Shown: positions 54,468-64,000 of the stretch, in pieces
How positions within the stretch are numbered: position 1 is the stretch's first letter
Layout of the letters: the number at the start of each line of letters is the position of its first letter
Assembly: GCA_051294375.1 (NCBI GenBank)
Contig: CM119264.1
Location: 23,568,858 to 23,632,857 of the forward strand
Reading direction: 5' to 3'
DNA: 64,000 nt
From: Paraspadella gotoi
Lineage: Eukaryota > Animalia > Chaetognatha
Notes under the pieces: generated by a model
Told to the model about the DNA's origin: nothing
Seen by the model: the letters and a program-made list of their open reading frames with translations, nothing else
Databases searched by the model: none
Made by a program: the position numbers and the translations under genes

Positions 54468-56942
54468 ATGAACATCTCTGGANNNNNNNNNNNNNNNNNN
54501 NNNNNNNNNNNNNNNNNNNNNNNNNNNNNNNNNNNNNNNNNNNNNNNNNNNNNNNNNNNNNNNNNNNNNNNNNNNNNNNNNNNNNNNNNNNNNNNNNNNN
54601 NNNNNNNNNNNNNNNNNNNNNNNNNNNNNNNNNNNNNNNNNNNNNNNNNNNNNNNNNNNNNNNNNNNNNNNNNNNNNNNNNNNNNNNNNNNNNNNNNNNN
54701 NNNNNNNNCGCTGGTTAAAGTGTGATGGTGTCGGAATGAACACGCCAGTGTCTTGGGGTGGTCACTGCAGGTCCAAAAACCCTGAGCTCCTGCTGTCGGC
54801 AGATGCTTCACACCCAGGCATCACACATGTCCCCCCGTTGCTATAGTTTCAACATTTTTTTCTCCAGTTAATTCACTACCAAACTTCTTCGCTTCCAGTT
54901 ACGATACTAAGATCTCGACCATCTGGCCAGAGTTCGGCGCCAACGGCAAAGAGCATTTGACGCTGGCGGATCTGCTGCGCCACGAGACTGGGCTCAGCTC
55001 CTTCGACACGACGCTGCCCTTAGAAGATCTCGCCTCGGAACGAATCAAACAAAACAGCATCGCGCCGATCATCGCGAGACAAGAGATGAGGCGAGTTTTT
55101 GTATTTACAATAGTTTTTTACTTTCATGAACAGCATTTCACGTAAATATAACGTTATAATCNNNNNNNNNNNNNNNNNNNNNNNNNNNNNNNNNNNNNNN
55201 NNNNNNNNNNNNNNNNNNNNNNNNNNNNNNNNNNNNNNNNNNNNNNNNNNNNNNNNNNNNNNNNNNNNNNNNNNNNNNNNNNNNNNNNNNNNNNNNNNNN
55301 NNNNNNNNNNNNNNNNNNNNNNNNNNNNNNNNNNNNNNNNNNNNNNNNNNNNNNNNNNNNNNNNNNNNNNNNNNNNNNNNNNNNNNNNNNNNNNNNNNNN
55401 NNNNNNNNNNNNNNNNNTTGGCGAATTTCTCAAGTAAGCTCAGCTGAGTATTTTTTACAGAAAAAAAAAGAACAATTAGTTTTTTATTATAAAAATGATT
55501 TTGAATCGATCTCTATCTTATAAATGAATAAATGAATGAATGAATGAATGAATAAATGAATGAATGAAATGAATTTCATTCATTAATTCATTAATTAATT
55601 AATTAATGAAACTTATAAGATTACTTGTTNNNNNNNNNNNNNNNNNNNNNNNNNNNNNNNNNNNNNNNNNNNNNNNNNNNNNNNNNNNNNNNNNNNNNNN
55701 NNNNNNNNNNNNNNNNNNNNNNNNNNNNNNNNNNNNNNNNNNNNNNNNNNNNNNNNNNNNNNNNNNNNNNNNNNNNNNNNNNNNNNNNNNNNNNNNNNNN
55801 NNNNNNNNNNNNNNNNNNNNNNNNNNNNNNNNNNNNNNNNNNNNNNNTTTTATATTAATTAACTTCAATTTCTACCCCAAAGGGAAGAGATAACCGAGCC
55901 GATGAAATTAGACGCCTACATCGGCATAAAAGACGACTTGTTGAACCGCGTTCAGCCTTTGGAGTCCCTGTCGCAATACAAATTCCTGGCCTTGAGCTTC
56001 ATTCCTCAGTGGTTGGGGCGGCAGACCGAGGCCAACTTCCTCGATATGGTAAGATGGAGAGTGGCGTTGTCTTTCAAGTCTTTCCCGAGTCTTGCAACGC
56101 TAACGTATCGATTTACATTGTCCAGTTGGACCACCTGAAGACCTGGCGTCAGGTCGTGCTTAACTCCAGTCGACGGGACAAGCCGCCGCCGCCGCCGTTG
56201 GGCGGCGTCGCATTTAAAGACGTCGGCCTTGACATTCCCGCGTTTTTCAACGACGCTAAGACGAAAGCCGTCGAAATACCCAGCGCTAACGGCCACGCCT
56301 CCGCGAGAGGTGAGAGAGAATTGCTTCTCTATTTAAATCCAAAACTATGCAAAATTGCAATTATGCAATTATGCAAAATTATGCATAATATGACCGGTAT
56401 TGTGCAAATTGTGCATCCGAATATGAAAACGTAGCCTTTTAAACTGGATTGCATGTTTTTTCTAAAAAGACCAATTTAGAGGAAGGTGCATGTTTTGTTT
56501 TGACAGACAGACAGAGAGAGAGAGAGAGAGAGACAGAAAGACAGAGAGAGAGAGAGAGAGAGAGAGCATAGCATAGCAACGTAGACGCCGCCGTCATAAA
56601 TCAACCGGTGGTCTGATTTCATTTATAAAAAACATAATTAAACTTTTGTAAATGATATATACAACTTGATTTCATTTTTTTTTCTTCGACCGTCCCTCAT
56701 TTCTTAAAAACGAATCTTGAACCTAACAGCTTTGTCCGCGCTTGCGTCCCTCATGGCCAACGGCGGCGTCTTCGGAGACTTTCGGTTGCTAAGCGACGCC
56801 ACGTGCGCGGATTTTCACGCTGATCCTGTTGAACGGAACATGGGCAGCGGCGCTAACTTCTTCACTCGCGGCGGCGTCGCCTACTCGAAGATGCCGACGC
56901 AACCGACGCCGAAAGAGAGGAGTCGAGTGGAAGGAATGGAAG
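54468..56942 (+). CDS. Beta-lactamase-family serine hydrolase A, clean but gapped copy
   Basis: ATG at 54468 then N-gap. Exons 54899-55090 (YDTKISTIWPEFGANGKEHLTLADLLRHETGL), exon 3 end at 55418-55433, 55883-56048, 56126-56309 (EIPSANGHASAR) and 56730-56942 (LASLMANGG...FTRGGV). Phases are consistent. The last exon falls in gap 57128-57785. Confidence 0.85.
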
Positions 56943-58009
56943 GTTAGGAAGCGTGAAAAGAGTTAAATATGTCATGTGATGCGATGATTCGAGAAAGATC
57001 AAAAAGGCTGCTAAAATAAGTTTGAAGTGTGACAACGTTTATTCGCGTATGTGTAGAGGAGATAGTGCCTTTGTTTCGAGCGACCTCTATATCGGTTGCC
57101 TTGCGTTCCGGAACTTTGCATCCGGCGNNNNNNNNNNNNNNNNNNNNNNNNNNNNNNNNNNNNNNNNNNNNNNNNNNNNNNNNNNNNNNNNNNNNNNNNN
57201 NNNNNNNNNNNNNNNNNNNNNNNNNNNNNNNNNNNNNNNNNNNNNNNNNNNNNNNNNNNNNNNNNNNNNNNNNNNNNNNNNNNNNNNNNNNNNNNNNNNN
57301 NNNNNNNNNNNNNNNNNNNNNNNNNNNNNNNNNNNNNNNNNNNNNNNNNNNNNNNNNNNNNNNNNNNNNNNNNNNNNNNNNNNNNNNNNNNNNNNNNNNN
57401 NNNNNNNNNNNNNNNNNNNNNNNNNNNNNNNNNNNNNNNNNNNNNNNNNNNNNNNNNNNNNNNNNNNNNNNNNNNNNNNNNNNNNNNNNNNNNNNNNNNN
57501 NNNNNNNNNNNNNNNNNNNNNNNNNNNNNNNNNNNNNNNNNNNNNNNNNNNNNNNNNNNNNNNNNNNNNNNNNNNNNNNNNNNNNNNNNNNNNNNNNNNN
57601 NNNNNNNNNNNNNNNNNNNNNNNNNNNNNNNNNNNNNNNNNNNNNNNNNNNNNNNNNNNNNNNNNNNNNNNNNNNNNNNNNNNNNNNNNNNNNNNNNNNN
57701 NNNNNNNNNNNNNNNNNNNNNNNNNNNNNNNNNNNNNNNNNNNNNNNNNNNNNNNNNNNNNNNNNNNNNNNNNNNNNNNNNNNNNGATTAAAATGTTTGG
57801 ATTATATTGTTTTTTGTAATTTCATAACCTTTTCTTTTTCCTTGTTAACGTTGTTTTATAAAGCTCCAGGTGATATAAAATTCTTATAGATTACTATTTT
57901 TATTCGCATTAATGATTAAATTGATTATAGTTACCTTTTATTTCGCTCGGTTTCAGATAATAAAAAATTAAAGATCTCTCCTTTAATCTTGATAACCAAA
58001 TCTGACGCC

Positions 58010-58126
58010 ATGAGTGGCATCACGGGATTCGCGGCGCCAGGGTTCGAATCCGTGCGCGAGTTGTTCGCGAGCAACTTTCGTCACGGTTACGACAAAAACT
58101 CTCAGCTCAGCGTCTACTTTGAGGGA
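58010..58126 (+). CDS. Lactamase paralog B, clean 5' part of exon 1 (cut by an assembly junction)
   Basis: MSGITGFAAPGFESVRELFASNFRHGYDKNSQLSVYFEG aligns with the N-terminus of gene A. Confidence 0.75.
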
Positions 58127-58179
58127 GTGAGAGAGAGAGGAGACTGAACCCGAGAGAGAGTGGAAGAGAGAGGAGGATG

Positions 58180-60205
58180 AGATCCGAAGCATAGCATAGC
58201 AAACGTAGACGCCGGCCGTCATTAAATCAACGAGTGCGGTCTGATTTCATTTATAAAAAACATTAATTAAACTTTTTTTTAATGAATAGTATAATACAAC
58301 TTTATTTCAATTGTTGTTTTTTTCGACGTATTCCCTTCAATGTTTCTAATCTAAAAACGGAAATCTGTGAACCTAACAGCTTGTTCGTCCTGCGCTTGCG
58401 GTATCCCCTCGATGGGCCAAACTGGCTGGCGTCTTCGAAGACTCTTTCCGGTTTGCTAAGGCGACGGGCCCACTGTGCGGGCCGGGAATTTTTCACGCTG
58501 ATTTCCTGTTTTAACAGGAACGATGGGCAGGCGGCGTACTAACTTCCTTCCACTCGAACGCGCGCTGTCGGCCTACCGAAAGATTGCCGACGCAACCGAC
58601 GACCGACAAGAGGAGAGTCGTAGTGGAAGGAATGGCCGAAGGTTTGGTGTAGCGTAGAAAAGACGTTAATATATGTCAATGTTGAGTGCGAATGTTCGAG
58701 AAAGAACTCAAAAAAGGTGCTGCTAAAATAAGTTTTGAAGTGTGGTGACAAACGTTTTATTCGCGGTGGTTAAAGTAGGTGATAGAGGGATTAGTGCCTT
58801 TTTCCCGAGCGATACCTTTCATATTCGTTTGCCTTGTCGGTGTCGGAACTTTGCATCCCGGCGGGTGGCTAGTGTTTCGGAGTTTTAACCGGGGCCCCGT
58901 TCACAAGTTTTGGCGAAGTTCCCTCTTGACATTGCCGAGTATTGATGTTTATGCGTATCGTGATAAAAAAAATCCGTTAGCTCTGGCAAACTGGTCGATG
59001 GTCTACTAGTAGTAATTAGTCTCATATTGATACGATTGATACGCACGCTTGACGGTACCACCTAATTCCAGGCTTTTTTAGACGGTATGGGGAGGTTCTC
59101 CGGCGGAATCGAGTTTTCATGGTGGAAACCTTTGGAGAGAAAGAGAAAATCGAGATCGCTTTTTTCATTCCATCTTTTTTGTCTTTGTAGGTGGACCATC
59201 TCGAACGAGCGAAGTTGCAGATGTTTGATCAAGGAAAGTTTTTAGGTGGCGGGTCAATGAGGCGAGAAAGCAGAAAGTCAAATGACATTATTGCGTGCAT
59301 TACTTTAATTCAAAACCCAAATGTTGATGAAACCGGATTTAATATCAACAGATGATTAATTAGTCCCTATTTTCTACATCTTGCCAATTTTAAAACACTT
59401 ATTGTAGTTCATCACTTTTAAAAAACGGGTTTCAATTATAACGCGTGATGAAAAGATTATTATAGATTTTTATTTATATATATACAAAAAATTACTTCAT
59501 TTACATTTGTTGCTTGAGGATGTGATGGTAAATATTGTAACTTTTAAGCCTGAGAAAATAGTATTTTTTTTACGTTCTGCAGTTTTGTTACAAACTTTGC
59601 TTGTCTCCTGGCGCTTCGTGGAGAAGATGGTTCACGTTATGTGTATGCTTGAGGCTCTTCTTTTTAAAATCGACAATGATCCTTTTTCCATTCCTTAGTC
59701 AAATTTTTTGAATGATTAAAATGTTGGTATTATATTGTTTTTGTTATTCATAACTTTTTTCTTTTCCTTGTTAACAGTTTTTTTATTAAAGCTTCCAGGT
59801 GTGATCTTAAAAAATTCTTATAGATTTACTTATTTTTATTCGCATTAATGATTAAATTGATTTTATAGTTACCTTTTATTTTCGCTCGGTTTCAGATAAT
59901 AAAAAATTAAAGATCTCTCCTAATCTTTGATAACCAAATCTGACGCCATGGAGTGGCATCACGGGGATTCGCGGCGCCAGGGTTCGAATCCGTGCGCGAG
60001 TTGTTCGCGAGCAACTTTCGTCATGGTTACGACAAAAACTCTCAGCTCAGCGTCTACTTTGAGGGAGAGCATGTTGTTCGATCTGTTGCGCGGCGACTTC
60101 GCCCTGTTTTCGGCCGGATTCCGTCGTCAATTCTCCTTCAGCAGCACCAAGTGCCTCACCGCCATTGTGTAGGTTGGCAAAGATGGTCGACGAGGGGGAG
60201 GCTGA

Positions 60206-60271
<66 letters not shown>

Positions 60272-60280
60272 GAGAGAGAG

Positions 60281-60311
<31 letters not shown>

Positions 60312-60574
60312 AATTGTATTTGTTATCACAGTCAGTGGGACGAAATGCTGTTAGATTGAAAAGTTTACCGCTTTTCTCTGGTTTTCNNNNNNNNNNNNNN
60401 NNNNNNNNNNNAGCATGCTTGTTCGATCTGTTGCGCGGCGACTTCGCCCTGTTTCGGCGGATTCCGTCCGTCAATCTCCTTCAGCAGCCACCAAGCTGCC
60501 TCACCGCCATTGTGGTGGGTGGCAAAGATGGTCGACGATCGGGAGGCTGAGGTAAGAGAGATGACGAGAAGAGA

Positions 60575-60666
<92 letters not shown>

Positions 60667-60733
60667 TGTATTTGTTATCACAGTCAGTGGACGAAATGCT
60701 GTTAGATTGAAAAGTTTACCGCTTTTCTCTGGT

Positions 60734-60765
<32 letters not shown>

Positions 60766-60800
60766 ACAAAAAAAAAAACAATTACATGTTTCACTGTTCC
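58180..60800 (+). repeat. Further noisy copies of lactamase A exons 6-7 and lactamase B exon 1 (the 3' part of B exon 1 is repeated again at 60412-60800)
   Basis: Collinear with 56560-58126 and 49140-51310, with dense indels. Confidence 0.85.
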
Positions 60801-60804
60801 CAGC

Positions 60805-62043
60805 GGAGGAAGAACGAAAGGAGGGAAAAGAAGTTTTCATCATCGATCGACAAAAACCAGCAGCGCGACAAAACTCGCGACGAAACCGGACAATGGCGAT
60901 CAGGAAAGGGGATCGATGGGGAAAATGAAGGAAAGAGACGAATGAAGAGAAGCGGAGAGAATATAAACTGGAGACGGGATAGAGATGGATGAACGCTTTG
61001 ACCCTCTAATTTTATCTTGACCTTTGGAAACCCCCAGGTCGACCGCCGCAAAGAGGTTCGCCGCCTGCCGCAAAAATTCACCTTGACAACGAAGTTTACG
61101 ACGGAAGATACGTCGAGCGGGAGAGATATATCACGCCCAGAAGGTGACCGATCGTCACCATCCCATCGTGAAGGGTTGGCTGCAGGTTCAGAAGTTGCGG
61201 CAGCAGATTATCTTTTGCTAAAAATCGTAAAACAGGGTTGATTGAAACGTTATTCATTGCTATGAACTTATGCTAAATTAGTTCCCGATGGTAACCCCCA
61301 TTCTTTTTCCGCTTGATTTAATCCTTCTCACCTACGGCCGTCGCCTTGAACAAAGTTCCTCCTTTTTATCCTTGTAATTCTGATTTAAATTCGTGGTTCT
61401 CAGATATTGGTATAATAACAAAGAAACCACGACAATCCTATAATAAAGATTGTTCATAATAAATAAATACTACGTGAATTGTTGACAGATGGACATTTAA
61501 CTATGTTTTAATCGAAAGTAATGAAAGTTAAAATTTTAGCGAATGTCAAGAAAAACTCCCAAAATAAACGTCGGTCCACTCAGGGGATACAACGGGACTA
61601 TCCTCGCCTACGGTTCAAACCGGACAAGCCTGGGAAGACTTTCACGATGCAAGGATCGGGACAAGAGGTGGCGCGGCCCAGAGACGCCTAAAGCGATTAC
61701 GGTGGCTGTCGTCGTTGTCGTCGTTGTCGCGCTCAGAGCAACGCGATCGTCATCATCCAAAGAGGCCATCGATTCACATCTTCAACGCCATTCGCCGTCG
61801 CGAGTCAGGAAAATTTTTAGTCAACCGGCCTCTTACCTTCAAGTGCGGGAGGAGGGCGGGAGGGCGAGACAGTAGGATAGAAAGATAGACCAGACAAAGG
61901 ACGACTCACAGCAGTGAGGAGCCCAAACTCAATGGGGAGAGTCAAAAATTAGTAGGTACATTGCTCAAACGAATATTCTATTAGTAATATTAATATTTTA
62001 ATAAGGCTAAAATACCCTCAGAAGAAGGCATTTTTGACAAAAA
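60805..62043 (+). other. Inverted noisy copy of kinesin exons 2-4 and their introns (reverse complement of ~5083-6250)
   Basis: [21 protein letters not shown] and [10 protein letters not shown] are readable on +. Introns are also conserved. Many 1-bp indels. Confidence 0.85.
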
Positions 62044-63134
62044 CAAGTTTGACAAACAATGTCGCGATCTGCCTACGATGAATTAATTAATTAATTGATT
62101 AATTAATTAATTTAATTAATAGATTAATAAATTAATTAATTAATTTAATGATTAATTAATTAATTAATTAATTAAATAGGATTATTATTAATTTATATTC
62201 AGACTTGTCATCATCGATGTCCTTAAAATTGAGTCAGCGGCACAGTTTATTAAATGTTTTTGTTTACATTTTATCAAAACAAACAAAGATCCTCTTATAT
62301 CGAGCAGGCGCGGCAAAGCCCGTCCTGTCTAGAATTTTTTTTTCGCGTTTTTAGCTTTCGCGTCTCGCTTTTGCCAATCATAGGCTTTCGTGAAAGTGTT
62401 GATATCATAGGGAGTTAATTTTTCATATATGGCTTCTAATCATCAAGATCTTTAAAATTCTCATGTTTCATATCAAATTGGTATTTGCTTTATGTTTTAT
62501 TTACAAAAACAAAAAACGTTTTTAATTTATATGTCGCTCTCTCTCTCTCTCTTTTTTCTCCGTCACTGCTTCTTCTAAAAACGAGTCCGCTCTGCAGCGT
62601 CTGTCCAGCTTACTTTCTCTCTCTCTCTTCTTCTCTCTCTTCTCTCTCTCTCTCTCTTTTTTTACAAAAATTTTTAGATATAATGGTGGGTTCACTAATT
62701 TGTACTAAAAAAACGTGCCGCGAACAGGGCGCGAACCCGGGTCCTTTGGGCTAGAGAATAGCTCACGCTACGTGCGGGCCTTAAGTACTGCTGATTCTTT
62801 AATGAGCTAAAGGGGGGCTGTAGAAGCTTCTCTCTCTCTCTCTCTTTTAATTATTATATATCGCTCTTTTCTCTTTCTGGTTTCTTCTCTGCAGCGGCTG
62901 TCTCCTCTCTCTCTCTCTTATTTCTCTCTCTCTCTCTGTCTCTCTGTCTCTCTGTTGGTGTGTCTTGTCCCTATCTTGTCCGATCTTTTGCCGTGAATCG
63001 TTGTTTTGGAAAAATTTCTGATTATTTTTTACCTTCTAAAAAACTTTCTTATTATTGCCCATTTATTACCGCGCTTTTTTTTTCAATACAAAATCCCATA
63101 TTTTTCATCCGAGATTTCGTGGATTTATTCTCTT

Positions 63135-63177
<43 letters not shown>

Positions 63178-63188
63178 TTTTTCTCTCT

Positions 63189-63249
<61 letters not shown>

Positions 63250-63291
63250 GTCTCTCTTCTTCAACTCATACACGCATTTGTTTGGTTTTAT

Positions 63292-63430
63292 TGACTATCA
63301 TCGCATCAATGTAATGGACAATCATCGCATCAATGAATGACAATCATCGCATCACTGAATGGACTATCATCACAGCAGTGAATGACTATCCATCATCAAT
63401 AATTGATTATCATCGAATCAATAATCAATT
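63292..63430 (+). repeat. ~22-bp minisatellite (TGACAATCATCGCATCAATGAA), ~6 degenerate copies
   Basis: Read directly from the sequence. Confidence 0.8.
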
Positions 63431-64000
63431 CCTATTTACATCAATAAATTACTATTACATCAATCAATTAGTATTACCTCAATCAATTACTAGTACATCA
63501 ACAATTCGTTATCGCATGATTCATTCGTTTTTTACCCGGTTTTTTTCATTAATTTTCTATGATAGTGAGGCTCTGCCTCGATCTTGAGGTCTTTTAAGAT
63601 TTTTTTATTTTATGTCTTCCTTCTCTCTCTCTCTCTCTCACTCCTCTCTTCTTCTCTCTCACTCTCTCTCTCTCGCTCTCACTCTCTCTTTTCTCCTCTC
63701 TCTCTCTCTCTCATTTTTTATGCAAATAGCGACGGATCCTTATGCTTTCAGATTATTTTTAACTTGCATCATTTTTTTTCAACTCATAATTTTTTCAACT
63801 TGCATTCCGTCAAAAACTTTATATCTAGCTTCTTCACTCACTTTCCTACCGGCTCACAAAATTTCATCTCAAATCTATCAGTGGGTTGAAAATAAATTAA
63901 AAAGATTCAAGTTAAATGCTTGCACTCATATCTTTTTTCATTTAAACTCATTTCACTTGGTACGTTTCCACGTGAAACTTTATATTCAGCTTCGTCATAC

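Noticed and set aside
54715-54830. Intronic GC-richer segment as a C/D or H/ACA snoRNA
   Set aside because: Box C is imperfect (GTGATGG), there is no convincing rRNA guide or H box, and the 5' part lies in a gap. More likely a repeat remnant.
19485-63889. Many ORF-track entries rich in SLSL/ERER/FFF or X runs
   Set aside because: They are translations of (CT)n/(AG)n microsatellites, purine tracts or N-gaps, or antisense shadows of GC-rich exons.

Overview
Eukaryotic, most likely invertebrate animal, genomic DNA: AT-rich introns and intergenic sequence, GC-rich exons, many (AG)n/(AAAT)n microsatellites and N-gaps. It comes from a draft assembly whose gaps seem to be filled with noisy long reads, so several kb-scale blocks occur 2-4 times with dense 1-bp indels. 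Genes reconstructed by hand: the 3' end of an unknown low-complexity gene (+, 1-871); a complete 10-exon KIF17/OSM-3-like kinesin-2 (-, 1721-6411); a complete 4-exon SLC23/NAT nucleobase-ascorbate transporter (+, 12835-16039); and two tandem multi-exon beta-lactamase-family (SxxK) serine hydrolases, present as clean and noisy copies (41.9-60.8 kb). Mobile elements: Helentron/DINE-1-like HINEs, a 2.2-kb TIR element absent from the other copy of its locus, and two hammerhead-ribozyme cores resembling those of Penelope-like elements/retrozymes. The most notable signal is splicing. About 3 of ~19 readable intron donors are non-GT (GA, GG and GC). Each follows an exonic AG, many intron 5' ends are purine/G-rich, and several acceptors are AAG/GAG. 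All gene models are manual and need RNA-seq confirmation.
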